Counted from the stretch's first letter, positions 11,871 through 24,750 are shown. The stretch: DNA of 64,000 bases from Octopus sinensis (GCF_006345805.1 NC_043005.1:13640001-13704000), one strand, 5' to 3'. Notes: generated by a model not told the origin, from the letters alone. Program-made: numbers and translations.

Positions 11871-12763
11871 CTATATATTTTTTATAGTATAGGTGGCATT
11901 TGGGTACAATAAAATTTGCATCTTGCTGTCTGTGGGTTCTTTAAATTGTTTACTTAATATAAGTTTTGTCTAATTTATTTATTTATTTATTTATAATTTC
12001 TGCAGAATTCATGCAAAGGTAACTCAATTGATTCAATCATGTTAAGCATTTGTGATCATGAAGAGACAAAAACCAAGTCGATATGGTATTTCTGAGGATA
12101 CAAAATATTGTAAGACATTTAATCTGACCCTCTAAACATGGGTTTCCAACGTGTGCGTCATGACCCAAAATAAATCACGGTATAATTCTGATCATGTCCC
12201 AAAGAAAATTCCCATATTTTAAAAATATCTATTTGATAAAATGTAAAAGTGTAAAATTTTCATAAATGCTATACATTAAATAACATACATAAACATAGAA
12301 CAACATTTACTGCTAACAATGGCTGAGTTATATTTTCTTTTTCCCAAGAAAATTACCCAACATTAGGTATAGCCCTTCGAAATATATTTATCAAAGAATA
12401 AAAGTGAGTAACAAGTTGCAAAATGGATTGAGTTGGTAAAAGATTAATAATAACAATTATTCTAAATTATCTGCCAGCTCTTGATCATGTACATTACAAT
12501 TTGCTTCCATGTTATGAATGATTTGTACAGGCATTCTTATCAAGCTAACATTGGATTACATTGGTGCAGAGCAGGTTCATGTGGATTTTTGATGTTTTGA
12601 TTTTACTGATGGTAAATTTTTGCTTCAGTATGTTTCTGCTGTAATTGCTGAATAAACACACTGACTTTTTTTTTTGAGTATTTTCCTAAATTTTCCTAAA
12701 ACTAAGCTCTATCTAATTACTGTCTTTCTTCTCTATACAAAATGCAGCCATTCAATATAATTA

Positions 12764-13641
12764 CTAGGGGCTACCCAAAAGAAACTGGAATTTTACAATA
12801 TAATTTAATTCACTTAGTTGTACATTTTTATACTTTTATCACCTTCAAAGTATTTTCAATTTGAAGCAATGCATTGGTCCAGGTGCTTTTTCCATTATTT
12901 GAATCAGTGCTGGAACTCTTGCAAAGTGAGTCCTTTTGACCCCACCCCCATCCTGTCGTTTATTTCTTCACTTCTTCCACATCTGCAAATTCTGTAGCAC
13001 CATTTTTTGTCACCAGCGATGACCTTTGAACTTCCAACTGTTCTTTCAGCTAATGACATGCATTTGGTCATGACTGCTTTTGATCTTCCATGAGCAAACG
13101 AGGCAAAAATTTTGCTGTGGCTCTTTCCATTGACAATTCCTTGCTCAAAATTCATTGGCAGGAGCTCCAGGACACACCTATCATATCAAAAAGTTTGTCA
13201 ACTGTTTGGTGACAGCCCTCCAAGATCAGTTCATGAATTTTTGTGATGTTTTCATTCATTTGGGAGGTCTACAGTTGTCCCGAATGGGATTGGTCTTCAA
13301 GCCACAAGTGACCAAACCGCTCAAACTTTTTTGCTCATGACAGCATCCATGTAAGCTGTTTGAAGCATGACAACTGTTTTGGCCACTGTATTTCCCAGCA
13401 GAAAACAGAATTTCACAGAAGCACACTATTCCTTCGTTTGAGCCTTCAGAAAATTTGATGAACAGGGGAGAAGCTCTGCAAAACAAAGATGCATCACGAG
13501 GCAGTACAACTAAAGACCACAACATCAGTCGGCAGACTGATGCCTGAGGGTCGCATCAAGTGGCTTCTAGTGATGGAAGACTGAATTACAACAGGTTTGT
13601 TCCACAGAGAACGTTTCCAGTTACTTTTGAGTACCCCCTCA
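12764..13641 (-). mobile_element. Degenerate mariner-family element
   Basis: TIRs CTAGGGGCTACCCAAAAGAAACTGGAA / TTCCAGTTACTTTTGAGTACCCCCTCA with TA flanks. Decayed transposase on the minus strand. Confidence 0.75.
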
Positions 13642-14149
13642 TATGTCCAAGAATATTTTATGCAAGTGTAATAAATGTTACAAGGACTATTTCTAATGAA
13701 TTTACTGTTAAAGTTAGAGTTTGGTTTTCAAATACAAATAAAGAGAGGAAGTTGTGTTGTACATACATTGTACGTATGTTAGGCAGGAATAAGAAAGAAT
13801 CCTTTCCATAGGACCTGATGTTGTTATTATTCAAATTTCTGGAAGAAGCAAAAAAAAGATTAAAAAACCATTTAATTTTTTTATTATTCATGACAAAAAA
13901 AGAAGTGAATTTATTATTACAGAATACTTAATTACATAAATATTTCACATTAGAATATAAATCCAAAACAAGAAAATATAAGCATGGGTGAAGAAAGAAT
14001 AAAAGAAAGAAAAACATCAATTCAACACTAAGAGCACCAATTGGTCACATACCATATAGGTCAGCAGAACTTATTGAAGCAAGCCAACTTGCTTGTACCG
14101 TTACCGCAGGCAATGGTAAGGCTAATATTTTGTATATTAGTATATATAT

Positions 14150-14735
14150 GTTATGGAGATGTACTCGCATAGCAAGTAATTTGATTTGAGATCGTGTGCT
14201 GAAACGAAAACAATTGCAGCGTGGAAGGTGTTTTTAAGCCATTTAAGAAACACACAAAAGCCGTTCGATTCACTTCAACATTTAAGTTTAATTTGTCAAA
14301 ATATTTTCGTCACTAAAATCCGCGACCTGTTCTCTGACAAAAATCCGTGCTGCATCCGTGTTGCATTTATTATTCGAAAGGAAATCAAAGAAAAAGACTC
14401 CATAACATTCCAACGGTATCTGATGAATTCTCTCCTAGAAATACCAGACAGACAGACAGACCACCAGCAGCTGGATATATCTTGATAAACAACCCCCTAC
14501 TATGATATCTTAAAACATGTCTTAAAAGTGCTATTAAGATAGACATGGCCTGAGACAATAATGACCAAAACCTACTTAAGTTATCTAGAGATGCAGCACG
14601 GATTTTTGTCAGTGAACAGGTCGCGGATTTTAGCGACGAAAATATTTTGACAAATTAAACTTAAATGTTGAAGTGAATCGAACGGCTTTTGTGTGTTTCT
14701 TAAATGGCTTACAAACACCTTCCATACTGCAATTA
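14150..14735. repeat. PLE-type fold-back: ~145-bp inverted arms (14210-14355 / 14590-14733) enclosing a CR1 3'-end fragment
   Basis: The arms are near-perfect reverse complements. The spacer 14370-14589 recurs inverted at 15190-15410. Confidence 0.85.
14605..14654 (+). ncRNA. Hammerhead-like motif, G3-C8 variant
   Basis: TTTGTCA-GTGAACA-g-GTCGC ggatttta GCGAC-GAAA-ATATT-T-TGACAAA. 7-bp stem I, 5-bp stem II and a palindromic stem III. Confidence 0.6.
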
Positions 14736-15189
14736 TATATATGTTAAATGAGATTAATTTCTTCTCTTTAGTCTGAAGCCAAGGAAACTCACTTGTAACT
14801 TTGGCTCTTTTTAATCAACTCTACCAGAATAAATTCTTGTGTTAAAACTGCAGATCTTCACTCTTCTACATCTTTTTTTTTTGTTGTTGTTGTCAGATGT
14901 AGCAAAAAGGCTAGATTCTTTTGAGCTTACTTGCCTCATATAAAAAATGTGAAGATAACAGAATAAATACACTAAAACTCATTTGAATAAATACACTAAA
15001 GCACATTTGTTAAGAATAAATCTGAAAATTTTGCACTGATCCATTGAACAAATCAAATACTTTGAAGCAGTGGTACAATAAAAATAAATATATCTTTAGT
15101 GTCTTCACCACACACACACACATGCACACACACACACTCACACACACACACACACACACACACACGCATATATATGCATTATAATTTAC

Positions 15190-15410
15190 CCTAGATAACT
15201 TAAGTAGGTTTTGGTCATTATTGTCTCAGGCCATGTCTATCTTAATAGCACTTTTAAGACATGTTTGAAGATATCATAGTAGGGGGTTGTTTATCAAGAT
15301 ATATCCAGCTGTTGGTGGTCTGTCTGTCTGTCTGGTATTTCTAGGAGGGAATTCATCAGGTACCGTTGGAATGTTATGGAGTCTTTTTCTTTGATTTCCT
15401 TTTGAATAAT
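15190..15410 (-). mobile_element. CR1-type LINE 3' end fragment
   Basis: Homologous to the 3' end of the LINE at 32880-33140 (KEIKE.KD...F...L..IPD; GTGCTATTAAG..AGACATGGCCTG). Confidence 0.75.
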
Positions 15411-15555
15411 ATTGATTAGACCAGAGAGTTCAAGGTAAAAAAATGTGTGTCATAATGTTATTATGTAATGTGAACACGAATTTTGCAGCAGGCATATGAC
15501 CCTGAGGTCAAAATTTGGATGACTTGTGAACTTGAAAATGACGCCATTTGGACAA

Positions 15556-15870
15556 TCATCATCATCATCATCATCATCATTTAGCGTCCGCTTTCCATAC
15601 TAGCATGGGTTGGACGGTTCAACTGGGGTCTGTGAAGACAGAAGGCTGCATCAGGCCCAGTCTGATCTGACAGTGTTTCTACGGCTGGATGCCCTTCCTA
15701 ACGCCAACCACTCCGTGAGTGTAGTGGGTGCTTTTTACGTGCCACCCGCACAGGTGCCAGATGGAGCTGGCAAATGGCCACGAACGGATGGTGCTTTTTA
15801 CGTGCCACCGGCACCGGGGCCAGGCGAGGCTGGCAACGGCCACGAACGGATGGTGCTTGGCCGTCGCCAG
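15556..15870 (-). mobile_element. Nin-domain-like SINE
   Basis: Reverse complement of the 5725-6050 family. Confidence 0.7.
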
Positions 15871-15921
15871 GATGGAATATTTTCCACAGTGTATGTGTGT
15901 GTGTGCACGCTTGTGTGTGCA

Positions 15922-15952
<31 letters not shown>

Positions 15953-16239
15953 TTTCGTATAAATGTTCCTTCTGCTTCCTTGATATAATAGCATCTTTTA
16001 TATTATGTGTGTTAGGATGGAGCGATAAATGCAACTTTCGAAATTGGTAACCAAGAATCAATACTTTGTTGCAAATTAGGGTTAGAAGAAAGGTGTATAA
16101 AGAACTTTGTGGTTAAATATCTTTTCTGGTTTTGCAACGCAATTGAAAATTTTAAAAATCGCTATTTTTGGTCGAATTTTGGATTTCATGGATTACAAGT
16201 TGTAACAAATACATATTTCTCCGTAGCAGAATGCAAAAC

Positions 16240-16680
16240 AGTAAATATAGGAGAAGCTGGTGCAATATTTAAGCCAAATGGTAACCTGTTGTGTTTATAC
16301 AGTACTTTATGGGTGTTAATTGTTAGGTATTTAAAGCATTCATCATTTACTCAAATTTGTAGGTACACGTCAGAGAGATCTAATTTAGAAAATATCTTGC
16401 CACCGTTTAATTTTGTAAATATGTCTTTTAAAACAGGTAGCGGTTAGTGGAACATTTTAAGACATTTCACCTTTAAAATGTAATTTTTTTCCTGAAACAC
16501 CACGTTCAGTTTGTGAAGTTTCTTTTAATCTAGATCTCCTGATTTTTTCCCCATGTATCTGTGTAAATTATCGAGATGTCACTGCCCATATCCAATTCTA
16601 ACTTTACGCTTGTGTTATTAATTTTTATATACACAAATTTCCTTTGAGGTTCGTTCAAAATTCTTGTCACCGATAATGTG
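16240..16680 (-). pseudogene. Ty3/Gypsy pol fragment (aspartic protease + RT)
   Basis: KLELDMGSDISII (retropepsin DxG motif) and GKIFSKLDLSDVYLQI*V...TINTHKVLYKHNRLPFGLNIAPA (RT). Contains stops and a deletion. Confidence 0.85.
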
Positions 16681-16699
16681 TGTGTGTGTGTGTGTGTGG

Positions 16700-16971
16700 C
16701 AGGCTTGGTAGCCTTCAACTAACATTATCTCCTCCGAGACCCTGCAGCGCAAGTTTACCAAAATTGAGAGTATGATAGAAGAAGGCTTGCTCTTCATTCC
16801 GTAGAAGAAAAAATTCAAATTGGACAATGTTCAAAAATTATTTACATCAAAAAGGTGCTTTTTTCTATGAAAAACCCTATTTTTTATGACGTTTTGACTG
16901 CTGTGTCACCATTTTTCAGTGTATTTCAACCAGAGTGAACAAACCCGAGCAATGCCGGGCTATACTGCTAG
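16700..16971 (+). mobile_element. Helitron 3' portion
   Basis: Subterminal hairpin CCCGAGCAATGCCGGG followed by CTAG|T at 16968-16972. The 5' end was not located. Confidence 0.75.
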
Positions 16972-17112
16972 TATAAGATAAAAATGATTTAGCTTTCCAA
17001 TCATGCAACACCAGATAAAATATATTTACAGATCATAGCCATATAAAATATTGAACTATTTTGAAAGTTTCCAAAAACTACAAATCTATAATATGAAAAT
17101 ATCTTTACTTAC

Positions 17113-17184
17113 ATCTCTTCTAAGGAAGCCATATGCTGAAAGGTGTTTGGTTGTATATATGACAACTTATTATTGCTGAGATTC
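17113..17184 (-). CDS. LRR-Ly6/uPAR gene, 72-nt LRR exon
   Basis: TTTTCTTCAG|G AAT CTC...GAG AT|GTAAGT. Encodes (L)NLSNNKLSYIQPNTFQHMASLEE(I), one typical 24-aa LRR. Phase 2-2 matches both neighbouring exons. Confidence 0.9.
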
Positions 17185-17569
17185 CTGAAGAAAATATATT
17201 GAAAAATAGGATAAAAAAATATTACCAAAATATATAGTTTAGTATGTGTATATTTGTGCATACATATTTCAACCTGCTTGATAAAATCTTGGGAAACTAA
17301 ATTTAAATTATGAAAGCTCAACAATAAAGAAAAGAAACCGATCAATCTAAAGTATAAATAGGAAGAAAGATGGCTGTGTGTTTGTGGTGCTAGATTACTG
17401 AATTACATGCATTCCACCAGGTTTCTCATATCATTTAAAATATTTTAGGGCATTATACAAACATATGACTTAATGTTTTTACCAACTCCATAAAACAGTT
17501 GCATTGAAGTAGGCACAGCACATGTCAACTGACATTACACAACCAGCTCAAAACAGATTTTATATTATT

Positions 17570-17786
17570 TAATCCTTTCTGCTAAAGGCATAAAGCCCGA
17601 AAGTTGGTGAGAGGGGACTAGTTAATTACATCAACTCCAGTGTTTCACTGGTACTTAATTCATTGACCCTGAAAGGATGAAAGGCAAAGTTGACCTTGGC
17701 AGAATTTGAACTCAGAACACAGTGGCAGACGAAATACTGCTAAACATTTTGCCCAACATGCTAATAATTCTGCCAGCTTGCTGCCT
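17570..17786 (-). mobile_element. SINE family B
   Basis: Family consensus match. Confidence 0.8.
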
Positions 17787-17926
17787 TAATAATAGATTTA
17801 TATTATTTAATGGTGTGTATGTGCACACATTTGTATATACATACAGAGAGAGGGAGATAGGTAGAGAGAGAGAGGCAATTATGAGGATAAACACTTGAAA
17901 TATAACAGCTTTAGTATGATATACAA

Positions 17927-17960
<34 letters not shown>

Positions 17961-18008
17961 ATGCAAAACTAGGGAAAGCAAAGACAGAAGATTTTCAAAC
18001 GATGAACA

Positions 18009-18404
18009 TCTTTATATATAAAAGAGAGGTTGTGTGCTGTCTGTCTCCTACGATTTAGATTCCTAACTACTCCCACATTTTGCGGTGCAGTGTAACCAAA
18101 AGCGGGTATCTTATAGTCGTGATTCATATCAAGCGGTTCTGGGTATTAGCGTGCGTCTACGATGAGTCTACGATTTAAAAAAAAAATTACCATCATTTTT
18201 TCCCATTTTAAGGCATTTTTTGTTATTATATAAGGGAAGTAACTCTCTAAAAATGTATTATTAAATCTCAGAACGTAAAAAGCTACAGTAACACCCCCCT
18301 TTGTGGTTAGCCATATTGAGATGGCTATTATGCTTTACATCTCTAAAAATGCTTATATAGTTATTTCCCTTACAAACCCGAGCAACGCCGGGGGATACTG
18401 CTAG
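18009..18404 (+). mobile_element. Non-autonomous Helitron
   Basis: A|TC 5' end, hairpin CCCGAGCAACGCCGGG and CTAG|T 3' end. A sister copy lies at 56452-56845 (-). Confidence 0.85.
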
Positions 18405-18449
18405 TTTAAGTATAAATATGTAGATATTTATATATAATAGATCAAACTT

Positions 18450-20230
18450 ACACAGAGTACAAATGACAGAGAAAATTAAAGGGAAGGAAGTAATGTGTTA
18501 CAAGTCCAACAGCTATTTCTGAGGCCCAGGAAATCCATAATAATGTTGGTAGATGTAGTTCACCAAAATATGAAGCCCAGTAGTGGAAGCATATAAACAT
18601 TGGATAAATCAAGCCTCTGTCATTTAAGTAGGAGAAAATCTTACATTTCAGATCAGGATTCAGAGAAGTTTAAGGTGGAATGTTTAAACGTGGAGAGCAA
18701 GCAGTATTGGTGGTGGTGGTGGTGGTGGTGGGGAAGTAGGAGGCTCAGGGGAGGTGTAAGGAGTGCTGAGGCAGAGAAGGGTGATAAGAGAATCAGTTCA
18801 GGAAGATGGAGGTGGGGGTTAACAATCAGCGTATTGAAAGAGGTAGTAGTAGTTGAGGTGAAGAGTTGGTTGATGAGTGGAAGGGGTGAATGTGTAGTAG
18901 GTGAAGGGTGGTCAGTTGCTGTTGGGTTTGTGAATAGACGTCAAAATTTAGGGATAATGGCTTTAGAGCTATGGGAAGTTGAGACAGTGAGAAAGATGAG
19001 GATAATTATTAGAGAGAAGAAAAGGGTCTAATTCATAGATGCTTATAGGGTGGCTAAGGAGGAATTCGGTGAAAGAAGTTAGGTTGGCTGCAGAGGGATA
19101 TTACTAAGGTATGTAGAAAGGTATGAGTGGAAATAGAGGTAACAGTAATTAGTGATGGATGGTCTAGGCTGGAGGTGGGGAATCAAATCCATTGTAAGCT
19201 GATCGCAGATCTTGGTTTACTGAATAGAACTGAACCAAACACACCTAACTCCCCCACTTCACTCTTAAAGACCATAAATCCAGCTTCTCCACCAAACTTT
19301 CTATTAGACTGATCTGCTCCACTAAATCAGACTTAGATCGAATTAGTTCGTGCATTATCGACCGAATTCTAACCCCTAGTTGGGACTAAGTTCCATTTTG
19401 GAATTGTACCAGGGACGTCATCACTTGGTCCCATCCACTTTCTAATAAGTCCTGCACTCATTTCCTTCAGTTTGACATCTCTCATTTATATACTTCCATA
19501 TCGCCTATTCTTTTAATTAAGGTTCTAATCTTCGCTTTAATTAAGGTTCTAATCTTCGCTTGGAAAATTGGCTGCCAGGAAAACACTAATTTACTTTAAG
19601 GATAACTACTGGATCTGCAACTCATCTACGAATTTCTTTGATACAATCATAGGCTCTTCTGACTCAGCCCAGATTACTGACCTAGTTGGCCTATTTCTTC
19701 TTTCTCAAATTAAAAAAAAAACACTTCCGTAACCTCTCCGGAGGCTCTACAGGGATGATGCACTCCCTACAGCTACTGGCCTAACTTGAACTTCAGTTGA
19801 AAGCACTAAGAAAGCCTTCCATAAACTCTTGGAAAATTATAACCTAATTATCTCTTTCGAAAATAAGACTAAAGTGGCCAGTTTCTTAGACATTACTCTT
19901 GATTTAAATACAAACCTATATCACCGTTTCCATATACCCAATCGATCATGCACTCGACAGCTCCACTGGCCACCTCAAAGCTATAATGACAACAAACCTC
20001 ATTCTTTGGACCTACCTACAATACCCAAGCTCTCTAAGGGTAAGAAGTGCGAGATCCTATGGTCCGCACTGCCTTTCTCCTTCAAATTCAAATCTATACC
20101 CAAACTTTTCTTTAAACTTTCCTAGCACAGCATAAATATTACCCTTTCTTCAATAAATCTTCTATTAAAATCTTCTACTCTACCACGCCTAATTTAGGAT
20201 CCATAATTGCCTCCTCTAACAGACACAGTA
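18450..20230. mobile_element. Degenerate PLE: 3' part on minus (18450-19200) abutting an RT part on plus (19200-20230)
   Basis: Plus strand gives GLYRDDAL...VASFLDITLDL (PLE RT motifs). The minus part resembles the 33600-34350 segment. Confidence 0.7.
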
Positions 20231-20559
20231 GTAGAAGGAAGGATATTTTGTAAATGAATTAATACGTCTGCAAGAGAAGTGGAAAGGGTTTATGAATGAG
20301 TTATCCAACTTACAAGGACTTTAATTTTTGAAGATTTCTGAAGGCTCCATTTTGGATTTGGACTATTTCATTATTATCTAAATATCTGAAAGATAAACAA
20401 CAATATCGATATAATAACAAATATAATAAACGTATTTGACATATTACATAAGACAAACTTATACTTAGATATTGTTAACCAGAAATTAGAAAATACTTAT
20501 ACTTTTAATGTAACTGTTTCTCTGCCTATCTCTGCACACGAGCTTATACCTCTCGACAA

Positions 20560-22050
20560 CCTGATCGATTTCTTTACTCATAACAGAATTATGTGATTCC
20601 TGCTCTCTTCTTTAGACATCAATCAGCTCTTGACTACCCTGGTTTCAATTTCGAAGAATATTGATAACATCAAATGTCGTGTTTGACCATGCCAAGAATG
20701 CTGACCAGTTCAGGCATAAATTTTCTGGATTATGAAGATCATAACAACAGCTACTCAATTATGTTTATATTGAGATATGTAGACAAAATGTTTATTCTAA
20801 TCCCTTCTTGTCATGGAGTACACAACTTCAATATTAAACCATTTGTGTCGAAATGCATACAGGTGTTGACATTAAATACTCGATTGATTTTTGATTTGTA
20901 TCTCCGCAGAAGAAGGCAGCATCAACAATCTTCTGAAGAAAACTTCCAAGGACTTCTTCGACCATTAAAAAAGAATCATCTTTACCTTTTAAAGTCAAAG
21001 ACACCCATATTCATAATAAAATCAACCGAATCAACATAAAATACGGCAACGTAGAGAGAAAGATCTCACATATCGAGCGCTTTCATAATATTTTAAAACT
21101 CAAAGGATACCCAGAATCCCCTATCATCCTACAACATTATTACAACTAAGTTAATAATAAAATAGCGGATCTTTTCGGTTTGAACGTCAGTTTTTAATAT
21201 AATTTCCAGGTAACTAAAAAATTTTAAACTTCGTGTACTGGTAGAATGTGTTTATAAAACATCTTTTTCTCTTGGCTTTATTGAGAAAATTCTTATTCTA
21301 AGATATTTGGTGTATTTCTTCTTCAATTTCTGCAATTTCAACCAATCACTGACGTGTTTTGAGGTAAAAAAACATTCTGTGCCGTATGAACATGTCCCTC
21401 GTTTAAGAAACAGATTGGGTTTATTTACATTTGTGAAGAAAAAAAGATACCCTCCCCCCACCCCTAACCCTAAAAGAGATTGAAATGCCATAGATCGATT
21501 CTTGGGTCATAATTATGGGTGACAATTTAACATGACATCGCTAGAAAAAACTGCCGTTCAAACCGAAAAGTTCCCAAATAGCAAAAGAACACATACAAAA
21601 CATTTTTTCTAAAACATATTTCACTTAACCAAATATATAACCTTCTGAATCTGATGCATGATATCACTGGAAATGTCGATTATGCAAATAATCCACTCTG
21701 GAACTTATAGAAGAAGGCGCCTAATGAAACACAGACTGTTTCCTGTAAACTGTACATACTAGTCAATTGTCCGATCAGCTACTTAAAAAAATTTCTTCCT
21801 ATTTGTCGAGGTGTATGTTATTGAATACCACAAGTGTTGTAGCAAAGTCTGCTCAGCCGTCATTCATTTTGAAGAACATCTATTAATATATAAGAACACA
21901 TCATTAATTAACGTGTGCTTTAAAAGGAAAGTCACCAATACGATGAAGGCGAGTCACGAGGTTCCCAGTTCGAACACTTGGAAAAAATGTTCATTTAGTA
22001 TAGTCTCCATTAGGGAAATTTGTTTGAAAAAAAAAACTGTGGAGGCCAAT
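20560..22050 (+). mobile_element. Highly decayed PLE RT/GIY-YIG remnant split by a DNA transposon
   Basis: LRYVDKMFIL (RYVDD-like) and VYVIEYHKC (GIY-like). Many frameshifts. Confidence 0.45.
21167..21574. mobile_element. Non-autonomous DNA transposon, Merlin-like
   Basis: TIRs GGATCTTTTCGGTTTGAACG / CGTTCAAACCGAAAAGTTCC. 8-bp TSD AAAATAGC / CAAATAGC (7 of 8 match). Confidence 0.7.
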
Positions 22051-22296
22051 CGGACAGTGTATTTTTAAGAGCCAACTTTGTTAGATAATGAATCACTGAT
22101 TCTATTTGAGGATTACCTCAAGAACTTATAAGGAATGTATTAAGTCACTCTATATGACAAAATGAATTGTACACATACTTCAAAGAACCAGCCTTGGTAC
22201 ACTCTATGCCTGTTGATCTTATGGTTACATCAAGGACCAAGTATCTGTGATGTATTCTGACACTTGTCAGTTCAATGAAGAAGTAGAGTAATTTAT

Positions 22297-22488
22297 ACGA
22301 CGGGGGTGCTGAAAAGGCTTTGCCGGGGCCCCAACTTTCTGTGTACTTTTACAGGACTTAGAAAAACTGAAAGGCCACTGTAATAAATGTGTGAATTTGA
22401 GAGGAGAATATGTTGAATAGAATCATAATTAACTGATCCTTCTGTATTTTCTTTTACCCAAAGCCAGGAACTTTTCAGCAACCCCGTA
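22297..22488. mobile_element. Mariner-type MITE
   Basis: CGGGGGTGCTGAAAAG / CTTTTCAGCAACCCCG-TA inverted termini. Confidence 0.55.
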
Positions 22489-22512
22489 AAACACCCCAGA
22501 ATACTCATCAAC

Positions 22513-22555
<43 letters not shown>

Positions 22556-22813
22556 ACCACACACACACACACGTACACATCCATCCGCGCGCGCCCATAG
22601 AATAAACGTATAAAACGAAGCATATACATACAGTATTTCCAATTGATGGTATTTCGAAAAGTCGTCTCGATTTATAAATCGGATGTCATTCTTGCTAAGC
22701 CGCCTAGAAAAGAAAATAAGGAAAATATGTTTGAATTTTCATTATGTATACATGCACATAGGTACACCCTAACGCAGATATACACAAACACGCACACACA
22801 CACGCATACATAC

Positions 22814-22844
<31 letters not shown>

Positions 22845-22855
22845 CATACATACAT

Positions 22856-22894
<39 letters not shown>

Positions 22895-24750
22895 TGGTTG
22901 TGAAAAGGGGGAAAACTGTAAACCAGACTAGCAACATCTCCGTCAATGACTTGACTGTTTCCACTATATCTGACGAGAAATGTTACAGGTACCTAGGGGT
23001 GGATGAAAATATATCTTACAATGGCACCTGTAACAAAACACGTGTCACTAAAGAATATTACAGCCGAATAAAGAAAATTTGAACCTCAGAACTCTCTGCA
23101 TTCAATAAAACAGTGGCACACAACGTGTTTGCAGAGCCAGTACTCATACCTATTTCTTTACTACCCACAAGGGGCTAAACATAGAGAGGACAAACAAGGA
23201 CAGATAAACGGATTAAGTCGATTACATCGATCCCAGTGCGTAACTGGTACTTATTTAATCGACCCCAAAAGGATGAAAGGCAAAGTCGACCTTGGCGGAA
23301 TTTGAACTCAGAACGTAGCGGCAGACGAAATACTGCTAAGCATTTCGCCCAGCGTGCTAACGTTTCTGCCGGCTCGCCGCCTTGTTTGGGCTGCTTGATT
23401 GGACGCTTGATGAATATTCGAGCCATTAATGTGAAAACTCGAAAAATACTAACAAGCACACATCATCTTCACACAAAAAGTGACGTATACCGCCTCTGCC
23501 TAAAACGAAAATAAGGCGGCAGATGCTTAACACCGATCCAAAATGCCTTTGTATGTCGTATCATATCCCTTCGGTAACATCTTCTAACCACCAATTGTCG
23601 AAGTGCATCCCTTGACCAAGTTAGCATACATGAGGTTGATCACATCATAAGACTTGGAAGACAGCTCCTTCAGCAGCATTCCTTGTCTGACAACTTTAAA
23701 TACATACCCAATGAAGTCGCACGAATCTGCCGCAACGTTTCATCAGAAAGTTCTGAGATGATAGTAAAATTGATCATCATGGACCAATAGCCGGATTACT
23801 ACCTACCACTTTGAAGGCTATGCGTTTGCAATCCAGGAATAGGAAATATAAACCAAATACCTGATGCACAAAAGGGATAGAAATGCAAGAAAAAGCAGTA
23901 AAATGTGATAACTCATGCAGACTTGTGGAGTTAACACTGAAGAAATCACCCATACCATAAGCAGTTATCCGAAAATGTCACCATGGTTTATCAACTGATG
24001 AGACATAATGTTGTAGCTAGGACACTTTATAATGAAATCCGTCGGAAGGATAACACCAAGGACAAAAACATAAGAATCCACAGTATGGTAGAAGCCATAA
24101 CCACGCATGATAAAAAGTAGTACTGGTGGAATATCCCAGTGAAAACCTCAATAAAATATAAGCGCAACAGACCTGATATAATGATTTGGGATAGAGCAAA
24201 GAAATTGTGTACAGTTGTGGAAATTAGCTGCCCAGCAGATGTTAACATAAAGCTGAAGATCAATGAAAAAGAGAATACCTATGCTGAACTATTGAGAAAT
24301 CTGCAGTTACTCTATCCAGATTACAAGTTCAAGTTTATACCTATAATTATTGGGGCCCAGGGATATGTAACACACTGCCTCTATACAGGTCTTTAGAAAT
24401 TAAGCTTCTCAAACCAGAAAGGAGAAAGCTGATTCAAACACTTTAGATCCAATCCATCACTGGAACTGTAAATATCTGTAAAACGTTCCAGAAGGTTATC
24501 ATGTAGATAAATATAGCATGTCTAGATATGTAACTATATGTATGAAAATACATACATAAAACAAACAAATCTGCACATATACATACATGCAAATTTGCAT
24601 ACATATATACATACATACATACATACGGGCGTAAAAACAAAAATACTCTGTTGTTGATGTTGAAATTCCGATGAAGGAACCTTAGATCTAGGTTAGAAAC
24701 CGGCTCTTTCTCTTTTGGCAAGAAATCCTGAAATAAAACTGAATAATGAC
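22895..24750 (+). mobile_element. R4/Dong-like non-LTR retrotransposon (RT end, CCHC, RLE endonuclease), decayed; SINE B inserted at 23151-23382
   Basis: YRYLGVDE; CRLCG...EEITHTIS; RHNVVAR; NRPDIMIWD...VVEISCP...KENTY...PIIIGAQG (PD-(D/E)xK restriction-like endonuclease). Confidence 0.85.

Noticed and set aside
14791-14848. Candidate extra minus-strand exon (CTGCAG...GTGAGT) between the LRR and LRRCT exons
   Set aside because: It has a stop in the required phase-2 frame, a poor polypyrimidine tract and no LRR pattern.
18600-19031. 143-aa ORF with poly-Trp
   Set aside because: It is a (TGG)n tract in the antisense of a decayed retroelement UTR.
21460-21472. CCCTAACCCTAA / TTAGGGTTAG telomere-like motifs (also 16076 and 43021)
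   Set aside because: Only 1-2 units each, lying in or beside transposon remnants.
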